A DNA stretch of 64,000 nt from Gemmatales bacterium (GTDB lineage: Bacteria > Planctomycetota > Planctomycetia > Gemmatales > HRBIN36), in NCBI GenBank assembly GCA_041640595.1, contig JBEPZY010000001.1:1-64000 (forward strand), written 5' to 3'. Under the pieces are notes generated by a model. That model made no database searches, had not been told where the DNA came from, and was given only the letters and a program-made list of their open reading frames with translations. A program made the translations under genes and the position numbers. This document shows, piece by piece, positions 1 to 11,233 of the stretch (its first letter is position 1; every line of letters starts with the position of its first letter).

Positions 1-600
1 TGCACTCCTGCAGCCGCCGCTTCGGCAAACGCCTCCCGCTGCAGGCCAAAGGTCTGGATTCCTCGCAGGCTCGCTTGCCACTGCCCTTGCTGGAGCAATT
101 TTTGGATAATCGGCTCGGGCGGATAGCATGTTGCTAGGCCAAAAGCCTTGACGGCCTGGAGCGCCACCTTCCACTGCTGTCGCTCCAGCAGCCGACGTAT
201 TCCCGCAGCCGCAGCCTCGGCAAACGCTTCCCGTTGCAGCCCAAAGGCTCGAATGGCTCGTAGCGCCGCCTTCCACTGCCCCTGATCCAGCAACTGCATC
301 ACCTGCGCGGCCACTGCCTCTGCAAACGCCTTCTTCTGAAGTCTAAAAGCCCGGATTCTCCGCAGAGCCGAATCCCAGTACCCCTTGTCAAATAACCGCC
401 GCACCTCTGCAGCAGCTGCTTCTGCATACACCTCCTGCGGCAGGCCAAAGACCTGGATGCCCAGCACGGCCTGATTCCACTGTCCCTGATCCAGCAACTG
501 CCGCACCTGTTCGGCCGCCGCCTCCATAAATGCCTCCGGTTGTAGACCAAAGCCCTGGATTACCCACAAGGCTGAAACCCACTGCCGCTGCTCCAGCAAG
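1..600 (-). repeat. Coding tandem repeat, ~102 bp / 34 aa (consensus LLxQGQWxxALxxIxxFGLQxEAFAEAAAAxVRx), at least 6 units
   Basis: Manual translation: LLEQRQWVSALWVIQGFGLQPEAFMEAAAEQVRQ / LLDQGQWNQAVLGIQVFGLPQEVYAEAAAAEVRR / LFDKGYWDSALRRIRAFRLQKKAFAEAVAAQVMQ / LLDQGQWKAALRAIRAFGLQREAFAEAAAAGIRR, and further units. Confidence 0.9.
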
Positions 601-3007
601 CTGTCAATAAGCTGGCGAATCTCATCGGCTAAGAGATTTTGGAGTCCAAGCCCTGAAGCCAGCAAAATCAGATGAAGAATTCTAAATTGGTACTTGTACC
701 GCCAAGTCAGCCACAATTGGGCCGCTTGCTTCTGCAACCCCGCTGATATTTTCAAATCCCTACTCTGCAACGGTTGCAAAAGTGGCTGGCTGAATGCCGT
801 GGCGGATTTACCCAACCGCTCCAGCGCAACGAGTGTGGCGCGCACGGCTGGTTCGTCCCCAGTGAATGCTTGCGAAATCTGTCGAGCAATGCCCTTCAGT
901 CGCCCGTGTGCCTGGCGCTGACGCAGATGCTCGGCCAGTAAGGTGCCATCTCCCAGAACATAAATCGCTTTGAGGAGTTCGCCGAGTTCCACGTTCCTGG
1001 CCTCGGCGTAATTTACCTCCCGCACTCGTCGTCGCAGTTCTTGCAGTTCCGTCGGCCTTTTCCGCACGGAACTGAGCAGGCACTCGGCGGCCACTGCCGG
1101 CTCGTTGCGAACAAGCCACTGGAAAAGACTGTCTGGATTTTGTAGTAGCCCGTAGAGCAGCACCAGCGGTTCCCGCCACTGCGGCTGACCTCGCAATGAC
1201 TCGATTGCCTGAGGGTCGGCTTCGTACCGCCATTTCAACCCGCAGGCGGCAAAGTACTCCTGATACATTTCGTGGGCAAACGCCAGTTGCTCCCCCTGGT
1301 CGGCCAGCAAATGATTGTCGCACACCTCGCGGACAAACCTGGCCGAATCCACCCCATAACCCATATCTTGGCTCCGCTGCCTGACGATCTGCCAAGCCTG
1401 CAAACGCGGAAAACTGACACGTCCTGCTTGCCGTGTCTGGTAGCCGAGTTCGCTGAGCAGATCGAGCTTGATGTCACGGGGCGTTTGCGGCCCCTTGCTT
1501 TCCTCGCGTTTGAGCAAGTATTCCACGAACTGCCGCAAAAGCTGGCCGCGATTTTCGGGCAGGTCACCTTTCGCCTTCAGCCCGACCTGGGCAAGCATCC
1601 ACAACTGCAACGGATTGCGCCCCCATTTCCACAACCGCGAATTTCGCCGCAGTGTGCGGGCAAAAGTTTGCCCCGTCGCTCATCCGAAAAATGCCGTTTC
1701 AGGAAGTCCACAATCTGGTCATCGGTCAGCCGATCCAGCCAGAACACGGGGAGCTTCAGGCGTTGCCGGGGCATGTGCCCCCGACTGGTGATCACCAGAC
1801 GGGTCTGCGGATACTCTCCAATCAGCTCCTCCAGTTCCCGCAAGGCTTTCTCCTGCAGGTCGTCCTGCACTTCGTTCAACCCGTCCAACAACAAAATCCA
1901 TTTCCCTTCGGCAATTTCTCTGCGGAATTGCTCGAAGCCACCGTCCACCTGCGAGCCATTGCTGCCCAGGGTTTTTCGGAGCAGGTGCCATAAGCCGCCT
2001 TCCGGATGATCGCGATAGTAGCGCAGTTCGGACGTAGATAGGCACAGGGCGAAACTGCCGCGGATTGTTGAGAAGAGACCGGGCCTGCAAATAGGCATAA
2101 TGCTGCAAAGAGGTCGTTTTGCCAGCTCCCGCATCGGCAATCAGGATCAACCGGCCCACCTGCTCGAACAAGTCGTGTACCTTGCCCCGCCGCAATTGCG
2201 GCAGACTCGCAACGCGCTCCTCGGCTTCCTCCTCATCCTCTTTGCCAGTCTCATCTTCTTGCTCATCAGCTAGGTCATCTTGTGCATTCTCTGCCGGCAA
2301 CTCTCCGGCCGTGAGTTCGGCCAGGCCCGATTCGTCATCGGCAGGTAATTTTTCCGCGTCTAATAGCACCCAGCGACGTATATGCTCTTGCCAGCGCTGT
2401 AGCAATTTTTCCAGATACGACTTACGTGGCAACACGAAAAGTAAGCTTTCCAGCTCCCGTTTGTGTTTCACAGTCGCCCACAACATGGTGAGCCAGAAAT
2501 CTACAAACGCTCGAGCAACTTCCAGTTCGGACAGTTCGGGCGTGGCGTGAGAAAGCTTGTTGCGGATGTTCCTGGCCCGAAAGGCAAAGTCGCAGTATAT
2601 TCGACGACTTGCGTCGGTGATCAGCCCAAGGCCGGGAAAATTCAGTAGGTCTGTGAACATCGGCTCGCGGGGAGGACGCCCCGGCTCGGCTGGCCGACCC
2701 AGTGTCGAATAGGCTTCCGGTGCGGCGAGTTTCACAATGCGCTTCAGACAGGTTTCTGCCGCCACGGCTAAATCGCGCAGGCAACTGATTCGTCTACCGC
2801 AGTCACTGGCCTGACGGTAGCCTTCAACCGCAGTAACAACTGCTCCCAGAAGCCATCCAGATCAGGGTCATCTACGGGCAATTGGGCGACCCGGTAAAAC
2901 AAATCCAGCGCCTCATGCAAAGGCGTATCGGCCCCGAACTGTTGCCAGTCGCTTGCACACTGTCGGCGAATCCACTCCTGGTGCTTTTGCCAAGTGTCTT
3001 GCGGCAT
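1..3007 (-). pseudogene. HEPN-NACHT (STAND NTPase) protein with C-terminal 34-aa helical repeats; three apparent 1-nt frameshifts; runs off the left edge
   Basis: Stitching ORFs 2768..3007, 1719..2765, 1577..2140 and an open frame from ~1665 to 1 gives collinear motifs: HEPN-like RNKLSH, Walker A ADAGAGKTT, Walker B ILLLDGLNEV, VITSR, GRNPLQL and FAHEMYQEYFAA. Frame changes fall near 2800, 2030 and 1665. Confidence 0.8.
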
Positions 3008-3456
3008 GGATTCTTCGCCCCTGGAACGCCCTGGCCTGATTTTAGCCTACGCGCAACCCATTCTTCCGGCCAACATCCGCAGCCGCTCTTCCGGTAACCC
3101 GCCGAAAGCATGAGCGACTTCGCACCATGTTGGCCAGACGAATAACGGATGCTGTACTCGCCCTTCGAGCAGTCCGTCCGAAATAGGCTCGACCTCGCAC
3201 GGGGTGCAAGCACTTTCGTCCAGACGCATTATGCTGCAACTCCATGAACGGATTGTCTCGCGGAGCTCGCAGCCGGTCGGGCTGGTAAGCGATGTTGATG
3301 CGGAGGCTGGCCAGGCAACACGACCGAATAACCGCCAGCGCGGCGCTTACGGTAATGGATGCGTAGTGTTGTGCTGGCATATTCGCAGGTGCGGCGGATT
3401 TGCTATCATGGCAGAAAGTCGAAACGCTCTCCAGGAGCCGTACAGGAGTAGTGAGG

Positions 3457-4935
3457 ATGGCTTGGTGGCAAGCGGTGGACTGGTATCCGCTGGTGTTACT
3501 GGTGCTCGGTATAGCATCAATTTCCGTGTTGCTGCTGTACTGGCGGTTGAATGCTTTTCTGGCGTTGCTGATAGTAGCGTTACTGGTCGGCCTGCTGTCG
3601 CCCCGGGTCGCTTACCGTCAGGACTCAAAATCAGGCGAGCGGAGATTCGCACCGGAACGTGTGGCCGCTGAGGTAGCCCGCGGATTTGGCGAGACGATGG
3701 GTGCGATAGGCATTGTCATTGCTCTGGCGACCATCGTCGGCCGGGCCATGACCGAGAGCGGCGCCGCCGAGCGGATTGTGCGTAGCAGCGTGCGTATTTT
3801 CGGAGAGGAGCGAGCGGCTCTGGCGTTATTGACCGCGGCGTTTTTGCTGGGTATTCCGGTCTTTTTCGACACGGTGTTCCTGATCATGGCACCGCTGGTA
3901 CTGGCGCTGGCCTTTCGCCGACCACAAAGCTACCTGACTTACATCATGGCGGTGGCAGCCGGGGCCAGCATCACTCACTCCCTGGTACCACCGACTCCGG
4001 GCCCGCTGGTGGTAAGCGCTCGGCTGGACGTGGATTTGGGTCTGGCTATACGAATGGGGGTTCTGGTCGCGGCACCACTGGCCCTGATCGGGTTCGCTTA
4101 CGGTAGCTGGATGAATCGCTGGCAACCGGTGCCGGTTCGACTCGATGACCCTAACAAACGGCAGTCGCTTCAGGCCCAGCTACAACGAGCCGATGCTGAG
4201 TTGCCGAGCCTGGCCGTGGCTTTGTTACCGATTTTATTGCCGCTTGTCTTGATCAATTTGCCCACGCTTGCGCAGATACTGGCAGCACAGGACAAACCGA
4301 CGAATAACTGGTCGGCAGTTATCAACTTCGTCGGCGAGCGCAATGTCGCACTGTTGCTGTCGGCTCTGGTATCGCTAGGGCTGACGGCACGCCAGCGTAA
4401 CTGGAGCCGTACCGATCTCGGCCGATTCACCGCGTCCGCTCTCGACGAGGCGGGTATGATTCTGCTGGTAACCAGTGCGGGAGGTGCTTTCGGTAAAATG
4501 CTGCAAATGGTCGGCGTCGGCGAAACGCTCAGCCGGATGGCAGAGCATCTGAACATCCCACTACTGGTGCTGGCATGGGGACTGACGGCCATACTGAAGA
4601 TCGCCCAGGGATCGGCTACGGTAGCCATGATTACCACCTGCGACATTGTGCGAGCAGCTATCGCCCAGAGTGTCGGACTTCCGGCAGAGCAGTTGACCGT
4701 TACCGAGATGAGCGCGTACCTCGGCTATCACCCTGTTTACTTGATGCTAGCGATTGGTTGTGGCTCCAAAATAGGTTCGTGGATGAACGACAGCGGTTTC
4801 TGGGTGGTGTGTCGCGCTGCTGCCCTGACCGAAAGCGAAACGCTGAGGAGCTGGACGATTGGTCTGGTGATCATGGGACTGGCCGGGCTGCCGATCGTGT
4901 GGCTGCTGGCCAGCTTCTGGCCGCATCCGCTGTAG
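3457..4935 (+). CDS. GntP-family (gluconate/H+ symporter-type) permease
   Basis: Multi-TM protein with ESGAAERI, IPVFFD, HSLVPPTPGP, AQGSATVA and SWMNDSGFW motifs. ATG at 3457 preferred over 3400. Confidence 0.9.
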   Translation: MAWWQAVDWYPLVLLVLGIASISVLLLYWRLNAFLALLIVALLVGLLSPRVAYRQDSKSGERRFAPERVAAEVARGFGETMGAIGIVIALATIVGRAMTESGAAERIVRSSVRIFGEERAALALLTAAFLLGIPVFFDTVFLIMAPLVLALAFRRPQSYLTYIMAVAAGASITHSLVPPTPGPLVVSARLDVDLGLAIRMGVLVAAPLALIGFAYGSWMNRWQPVPVRLDDPNKRQSLQAQLQRADAELPSLAVALLPILLPLVLINLPTLAQILAAQDKPTNNWSAVINFVGERNVALLLSALVSLGLTARQRNWSRTDLGRFTASALDEAGMILLVTSAGGAFGKMLQMVGVGETLSRMAEHLNIPLLVLAWGLTAILKIAQGSATVAMITTCDIVRAAIAQSVGLPAEQLTVTEMSAYLGYHPVYLMLAIGCGSKIGSWMNDSGFWVVCRAAALTESETLRSWTIGLVIMGLAGLPIVWLLASFWPHPL

Positions 4936-4995
4936 GATTCATTCGGCCGGGCCGGAAACCCTGCCGAACACCCCTTGGCTTGAACACACTATAGC

Positions 4996-5997
4996 GTGAG
5001 TTGGAAGATGCTCGACTGGAATATCTGGAAAGAGTTGGTGCAAGCGGCGCGATGTGTGGCATTATTGACGCATGTTCGCCCGGACGGAGATGGACTTGGC
5101 TCGTGTGAAGCACTCCGCCTGGCCTTGCTATCGCTTGGCAAACAGGTCCAGCTGTTCGTGCCAGGCAACATTCCTGATCGTTACCGCTTTCTCGACCAGG
5201 ACCACTGCTGGATCAGCGTGCCTCAAGGTCAGGTACCACCGGACTATCTCTTGCACGCGGATTTACTGATTATTGCCGACACGGGTACCTGGTCGCAATT
5301 AGCTGGCCTGGCAGATGCGGTTCGGCAAAGTCCTGCCAAGAAGGTGGTGATTGACCACCATGAAACACAGGACGAACTCGGAGCGATGCGCTTTGTGGAT
5401 ACGCAGGTGGAGGCGACGGGACGGCTGACTTGGCAGGCGTTACATGCGCTGGATGTGCCGATTACTCCCGCGATAGCGCGAGCACTGTTCGTCGCCATTG
5501 CTACGGATACCGGATGGTTCCATCATAGCAACACCCAGGCCCGCACCTTTGCCCTGGCCCACGAGCTGGTTCAAGCAGGTGCTGATCCACATGCTTTGTA
5601 CGAACTGATTTACGAACAAAACACCCTGGCACGGTTGCGACTGGTGGGTTTGTTTTTGCAACGACTCCGGCTGGCCGTTGGTGACCGCGTCTGTTACGGC
5701 GTGGTGCGTTTGGACGACTACCAGGAAACAGGGGCTCAGCCGCTGCATACCGAAGAGTTGATCAATTTCACACGCAGTGTCGCCGGGGTAGAAGTGGGGG
5801 TGCTCTTTATCGAACAGCCTCGCGGTGGAACCAAAGTCAGCTTTCGTTCGCGAGGTCGGGTGAATGTGGCGCGGTTAGCGGAACGCTGGCACGGTGGCGG
5901 TCACGCTGCCGCTGCCGGTGCCATTCTCGATCTGCCCCTGGAACAGGCGATCCCGCTCGTCCTCCAGGCCATCGAAACGGAACTCGCTGCCCAGTAG
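4996..5997 (+). CDS. nrnA: DHH-family phosphoesterase (oligoribonuclease / pAp phosphatase)
   Basis: HVRPDGD, IDHH, TDTGWF and C-terminal GGGHAAAAG (DHHA1). Confidence 0.9.
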   Translation: MSWKMLDWNIWKELVQAARCVALLTHVRPDGDGLGSCEALRLALLSLGKQVQLFVPGNIPDRYRFLDQDHCWISVPQGQVPPDYLLHADLLIIADTGTWSQLAGLADAVRQSPAKKVVIDHHETQDELGAMRFVDTQVEATGRLTWQALHALDVPITPAIARALFVAIATDTGWFHHSNTQARTFALAHELVQAGADPHALYELIYEQNTLARLRLVGLFLQRLRLAVGDRVCYGVVRLDDYQETGAQPLHTEELINFTRSVAGVEVGVLFIEQPRGGTKVSFRSRGRVNVARLAERWHGGGHAAAAGAILDLPLEQAIPLVLQAIETELAAQ

Positions 5998-6024
5998 CAC
6001 GTAACCAGCTTTCGGACACAGACC

Positions 6025-7929
6025 ATGGAAGGCTTACCTCCAGCAGAATCCATGCTTTTTCCGGAACGGTGGGCACGAGAGTTAGAACAACACCTGCCGC
6101 AATATTTGCCCCGTCAACGCTGGTTCGGCGGCAAAGCAAAAACAATTCGTCATGTTCGCCTCGTAGATTTTCTCCGTTTGCGAGCACCGTTGAATGCCAG
6201 CGCCCAGATTGGTGACCGTGTAAACGCAACCGCCCATGCAAGCAATTCCCAGATGCCCGGCGAAAATGCAGAGCCTGAAGGGAGCGGCCGGCAACCACAT
6301 ACATCCGCAAGCCAGGCGGAATCGGTCTTCTGGTTGCTGATCGTATCGGTGCACTACACCGAGGGAGACAGCGAATTTTACACTTTGCCCGTTGCGCTGG
6401 CTTTGAGCGACTCTGCGATCCCCGAAGGGAGCGTCATCGTTAGCTGGCCACAAGCCGACAAAGAAGTGGTGGTCGCCGAGGTTACGCGCTGTCCGGAGTT
6501 CTGGCTGGCACTTGCGGCACGGATGATGCGCTGGACGCACGACACCGACGAGGGGAGTCCTGCGCAAACGGCATCCTGGTCGGTGGTACATACCCAGGCA
6601 TTCTCACTGGCCCAGCTTGCTTCTTTTGAACCAGGCGACCTGGCGATTTTTGCCGGCGAACAAAGCCAGAATTTAGCCGTGCTCGGGCAAAGTGTCGTGG
6701 TAAAACTCTTCCGGCACTTTGAAGCGGGGATTAGTCCTGACTGGGAAATCAGTCGGTTTTTGACCGAGCAACAACACTTTGCTTACATACCGCCAGCCCT
6801 GGCCGCACTGGAATATCGCCCGCTTCGGTCAGGCTGGTCGGAGCAAGGTGGCGCTGTTTCATCGGCTCAGCGCACGCATTGCGAAGCTACCACGTTAGCC
6901 ATGATGACCGGCTACCGGCCCAATCGCGGCGATGCCTGGAAGTGTCTTCTCGAAGAGCTCGCTACGGCCTGCGACGTCGTGCTGGCCGGAAATAATCTTC
7001 CCGATGAGTCCAATTCCGAACTGCCTGAGTTACCTGACGGCTATGACGGTGTTTTCTTTCTGTTAACCGCCGCAATGAGTGAGCCGCAGCAGCTCGCTCA
7101 AGCGACAGGCATGCTGACACAGCCGATTCTATTCCGGGGACGATATACCGCACGAATGAATCTGCTCGGCCAGCGAACGGCACAGCTACACTTGGCACTG
7201 GCTAATTCCCGCGATCCCGCCTTTGCTCCCGAACCGATTGACATGACCTGGCAGCAAACGGTGGCCGAGAGTTGTGTTCGGCAGATTAAGCATGCGCTGG
7301 ATTTGTTGCGACGACGTTTAGCCGACTTGAATCCCGCTACGGTCATGCTGGCCGACCAGGTTTTGCAGCAGGAAGAACGATTGCAAACACGTGCGTGGGC
7401 CATCAGTCAACAGCCTGTGGAAGGGCAACGCATTCGCATTCACGGCGATTATCATCTGGGGCAGGTGCTATGCACAGACGAAGACTTCGTTTTGCTGGAC
7501 TTTGAAGGCGAGCCAACTCGCCGGCTGGCCGAGCGTCGCAGCAAACAATCTCCTTTGCGCGACGTTGCCGGCATGATTCGCTCCTTCCACTACGCCGTGG
7601 CCAGCACCTGGCGGGCGCGAATTTCCGGATTCAGTCCAACGCAGCGAAAGAAAATTCGCCGCTGGCTCGAGCAATGGTATCTCTGGACAGCCGTCAGTTT
7701 CTTACGCGGTTATTTGACAACGCGACACATAACGAGCTTATTGCCCGCACGGATGCCGGAGGTGCACCTGCTCTTGTCCGTTTTCCTTCTGGAAAAAGCC
7801 GCATACGAACTGGCTTACGAATTAAATCACCGACCCGATTGGGTGGATATTCCCCTGCAGGGATTGCTTAGCCTTGCCGGCGAAAAATTCACAGCGCTCT
7901 CTTCCGACCCGTCTATATCCGGGAACTAA
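6025..7929 (+). CDS. Maltokinase (Pep2/Mak; TreS C-terminal-like)
   Basis: YLPRQRWFGGK, RIHGDYHLGQVL, DFEGEP, SPLRDVAGMIRSFHYA and YELNHRPDWVDIP. Confidence 0.88.
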   Translation: MEGLPPAESMLFPERWARELEQHLPQYLPRQRWFGGKAKTIRHVRLVDFLRLRAPLNASAQIGDRVNATAHASNSQMPGENAEPEGSGRQPHTSASQAESVFWLLIVSVHYTEGDSEFYTLPVALALSDSAIPEGSVIVSWPQADKEVVVAEVTRCPEFWLALAARMMRWTHDTDEGSPAQTASWSVVHTQAFSLAQLASFEPGDLAIFAGEQSQNLAVLGQSVVVKLFRHFEAGISPDWEISRFLTEQQHFAYIPPALAALEYRPLRSGWSEQGGAVSSAQRTHCEATTLAMMTGYRPNRGDAWKCLLEELATACDVVLAGNNLPDESNSELPELPDGYDGVFFLLTAAMSEPQQLAQATGMLTQPILFRGRYTARMNLLGQRTAQLHLALANSRDPAFAPEPIDMTWQQTVAESCVRQIKHALDLLRRRLADLNPATVMLADQVLQQEERLQTRAWAISQQPVEGQRIRIHGDYHLGQVLCTDEDFVLLDFEGEPTRRLAERRSKQSPLRDVAGMIRSFHYAVASTWRARISGFSPTQRKKIRRWLEQWYLWTAVSFLRGYLTTRHITSLLPARMPEVHLLLSVFLLEKAAYELAYELNHRPDWVDIPLQGLLSLAGEKFTALSSDPSISGN

Positions 7930-7931
7930 AC

Positions 7932-9026
7932 ATGCTGCTGACAATTGTGGCAAGCGTCTGTTTGCTGGCCTGGGTCAACGGTGCCAACGACAATTTCAAG
8001 GGCGTTGCCACACTCTTTGGAGCTGGCGTCGCCAATTACCGTCGTGCTCTGGGTTGGGGCACCACTGCGACCTTGTTAGGCGGAATTGCGGCAGTCTATT
8101 GGGGCCAGGATTTGCTCGCCCGATTCAGCGGACTGCATGTGCAGCCCAACTGGCCGGATCCCTCATTTCCTTTGGCGGTAGGTCTTGCGGCTGCGATCAC
8201 CGTGACCTTCGCCACGCAACTGGGCATGCCTGTATCCACCACCCATGCGCTGATCGGCGCCCTCACGGGAGCCGGACTCGCTAGTGGCCACGATTTCCCA
8301 TGGCGCACTCTGCTCAACACCATTTTCCTGCCCCTCCTGGTTAGCCCGGTGGTGGCCATGACAATTACCCTGGCGCTGTATCCTCCCTTGCGCTGGATGA
8401 GACGGCGGCTGGGTATCGTCAAGCGCAGTTGTGTATGCATCGGTGCCGCAGAAACGGAAATTTTGCCTGCGGAAGTTTCTGCATTGGTGCGTGCTATGCC
8501 CTTGCAGATTAGCGTGGGTAACATGAACCAGTGCCAGGAGATTTACGCTGGTCGGTTGCTGGGGTTGCCAGCAGAAAAAGTCCTGACAGTGTTGCACTAT
8601 CTGTCGGCAGGCCTGGTGAGCTTTGCCCGCGGCTGGAATGATACGCCGAAAATCGCCGCTCTGTTGATTATTTCCCCCGTGTTCCAGGGGCGACCTTCAC
8701 TGGCCCTGCTGATAGTGGCAGGGGTAATGGCTGCGGGCGGTTGGCTTATGGCCGAGCGTGTTGCAGAAACTCTCAGCCACAAGATTACTCCCATGAACGC
8801 CGGGCAGGGTTTCACCGCTAATTTAGCTACCGGTGCACTGGTATTGCTGGCGAATTGGTACGCCCTGCCAGTTTCGACGACGCATGTCAGTGGCGGTAGT
8901 TTGTTCGGACTGGCCTGGCTTACCGGTCAAGGTCGGCTGGGGATTATTACCAGTATTGCCCTATGCTGGGTGTTCACCCTGCCGATCTCGATGGTGTGTG
9001 GTTACTGTCTGCGGGCCATTTTCTAA
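7932..9026 (+). CDS. PiT-family inorganic phosphate transporter
   Basis: NGANDN, two PVSTTH motifs and GWND. Confidence 0.9.
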   Translation: MLLTIVASVCLLAWVNGANDNFKGVATLFGAGVANYRRALGWGTTATLLGGIAAVYWGQDLLARFSGLHVQPNWPDPSFPLAVGLAAAITVTFATQLGMPVSTTHALIGALTGAGLASGHDFPWRTLLNTIFLPLLVSPVVAMTITLALYPPLRWMRRRLGIVKRSCVCIGAAETEILPAEVSALVRAMPLQISVGNMNQCQEIYAGRLLGLPAEKVLTVLHYLSAGLVSFARGWNDTPKIAALLIISPVFQGRPSLALLIVAGVMAAGGWLMAERVAETLSHKITPMNAGQGFTANLATGALVLLANWYALPVSTTHVSGGSLFGLAWLTGQGRLGIITSIALCWVFTLPISMVCGYCLRAIF

Positions 9027-9037
9027 CACCGCGCCGA

Positions 9038-11233
9038 CTATCGCAGCTGATTTCGAATTACGCTGACAGCTTTTTCACGAGCCTCGGGGCCAGCATCCGG
9101 AGAATAGTTAGCATCCCTGACATTCGGGAAAAGCTCGCGCAAATTCGCCCAGGCAAGATAACGAAGTCCGGCCCGTTTGCCGCGCAGCATAATCTCCAGC
9201 AGGCGATTGGCTATCTCGCGATCGCCAATCGGATACCCACGCAACAGTTCCAACAATAATTGGGCCTCCTCAGGCTCGTAACGAAAAGCAGCCCTTACCG
9301 CTTGCACCAATTGCTCAGCCTGGTTCGGATATTGCCCGAGCCAGTAGTGTAACGCTTCCCGCGCGGCCAGGCGGATGTCCGGCTGAGGTCGGCTATCCAG
9401 GACGCGGACCAGTTCATCAAGCTGATTGCAAGCGGCCAGGGCGAACACGGCGAGGTAAGCCTGATAACGCTGGTTCGTGTCGAGTTGCTCGATAAGCGCC
9501 TGCCGGGCTCCTGCGAGCTGCTGTGCCGGATTTTCCACGGCAGCACGCTGGTACACAGCTCGTTGGAACGCTTCCAGTTCTGCTCGCAATGTGGCTGGCA
9601 GTTTGACGGGCTTTTCCATCCAGGACGCCGGACCAGGAGCAGGCAGCATGAGCGGGCGCGGATGCGGCAATTCTGGGTCAGGCACATCCGCTAACACACG
9701 CGAATACGAAAAGACAGGAAAGATTTGCGAGACTCCATCGGGAGTCGTTCGCCGCCACAGCACGCCGCTCTCCAGTGTCCACAGTTCGCGATTCGGCAGG
9801 GATTGGACTGGTTCGCGTCCGCGCTGCAATCGCCAGCTGACAGCCACCAAAATACGCGGAGCACCAGGCGGTAGATAGACATCCCAGGTTTCTTGTCCTG
9901 CAAAGCGTAAACGCAAGCGCGTTGCTGTTTCTTTTCGCCCGGTGAATACAAACCAACCACGCTCCAGGAGCAGATCGGCATCGTAAGTCGGTTGCGGCGT
10001 AAAAATCTGGCACATCGTGTCCAGAACCGGCTCCGGGTGAATCTCCGGGATGTTTCCTACCAACTCCACATGAACACCGCTGTCGAGGCGAAACGCAGCA
10101 CGATAGCCGGGCCAGACGTGAAGATGCTGTCCGGCCAACAGTTTGTCCTGCGGTTGGAGTAATCGCATTTGCTTGCCGTCCGCGCTCCAGGTGCAAAACA
10201 AACTATCTGCAACTCCGGAAAGAGCCGATGTGCCCAAAACTCGCCCATCGTTCACCGGTGGCGAAATGCGGCCCAACAACTCCGCTACCTCACGCGGCTG
10301 GAACTCTCTCGGTATCGGCTCGAATCCCTCCGGCACTACGAACTCTTCTTTCGGTTCCGGTTTCGGAATCTCCGGACTTGGCCGCGGTGCCGGGGCTTCC
10401 CACGGGAATTCGCCGATCAGCGACGTTGCCAGGCACCCGGGGCCGATCGCGCCCTGGGCCACAAACATCGGCATAAGCAACAGCCACCCAGACAGCCGGC
10501 GACTCTGCTCTGCGTCTGGAACAAAGGTTGTCGGTTCGGCCGCCGGTTTCACCTGACCTTGTTCCACGGTTTCCGGACGAGAAGTTTCCTCACGCGTTGC
10601 TTTTGCTGCTTGCGTGCTGGAAACGGTTCGAATTGTGCTGCGACTGACGGCGAAGTACAGCGAAACGGTCAATCCCAGCAGTAGTAGCACAATCACGGCC
10701 AATGGTACCACCCGCTTCGACCAGGGCCCGTGAACCATCATGGGTAAGCCCAACAACCACGCCTGCTCTTCCGGTCGCAGGGCCGGCACTTCTTGGGAAG
10801 TGCTGCGAGCAGTGGGTACTGCTGTCGGTCCGGACTTGCTTTCTGCTCCTTCCAGCAAACCGTACATTCGCCGATACGCACTGGGCGGCGTGCGGGACCG
10901 ATCCAGCTGCGCACCCCCATAGAGCAACTGATGGCAGGTCGCTACCTCGGCCAGCACAGCATCATCCTGCAAACATCGCCGCTCCAGTTCCGCGGCTTCT
11001 TCCGGCGATAAAGTTCCTTCCAGATATTGTGCCAGCAAGGTCGCCGGAACAGCTTCTTCCTCCCGTTCGCCCTCGCTCAACAGCGAACGACGCCGGGTAA
11101 CCCGCTGGATGCGGGCGACCAGCTCTTGCAATTCCTTGCTCTGAGCGATGGCCTCGCTCACCTCCCGCAGCGTTCGTGCTTCCAGAGCGTCATCCAAATA
11201 CGCCAGTATCTGCTTCAGCGACAACTGCGGCAT
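9038..11233 (-). CDS. Planctomycete-type hypothetical membrane protein (anti-sigma-like N-terminus, one TM helix, HEAT-like C-terminus)
   Basis: 731-aa ORF starting LSLKQILAYLDDAL, with LAEVATCHQLL and a single hydrophobic segment. Confidence 0.75.
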   Translation of the reverse strand: MPQLSLKQILAYLDDALEARTLREVSEAIAQSKELQELVARIQRVTRRRSLLSEGEREEEAVPATLLAQYLEGTLSPEEAAELERRCLQDDAVLAEVATCHQLLYGGAQLDRSRTPPSAYRRMYGLLEGAESKSGPTAVPTARSTSQEVPALRPEEQAWLLGLPMMVHGPWSKRVVPLAVIVLLLLGLTVSLYFAVSRSTIRTVSSTQAAKATREETSRPETVEQGQVKPAAEPTTFVPDAEQSRRLSGWLLLMPMFVAQGAIGPGCLATSLIGEFPWEAPAPRPSPEIPKPEPKEEFVVPEGFEPIPREFQPREVAELLGRISPPVNDGRVLGTSALSGVADSLFCTWSADGKQMRLLQPQDKLLAGQHLHVWPGYRAAFRLDSGVHVELVGNIPEIHPEPVLDTMCQIFTPQPTYDADLLLERGWFVFTGRKETATRLRLRFAGQETWDVYLPPGAPRILVAVSWRLQRGREPVQSLPNRELWTLESGVLWRRTTPDGVSQIFPVFSYSRVLADVPDPELPHPRPLMLPAPGPASWMEKPVKLPATLRAELEAFQRAVYQRAAVENPAQQLAGARQALIEQLDTNQRYQAYLAVFALAACNQLDELVRVLDSRPQPDIRLAAREALHYWLGQYPNQAEQLVQAVRAAFRYEPEEAQLLLELLRGYPIGDREIANRLLEIMLRGKRAGLRYLAWANLRELFPNVRDANYSPDAGPEAREKAVSVIRNQLR

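Noticed and set aside
1..600. ~102-bp periodic repeats as a CRISPR array
   Set aside because: They translate as in-frame 34-aa protein repeats with codon-level divergence and no repeat/spacer alternation.
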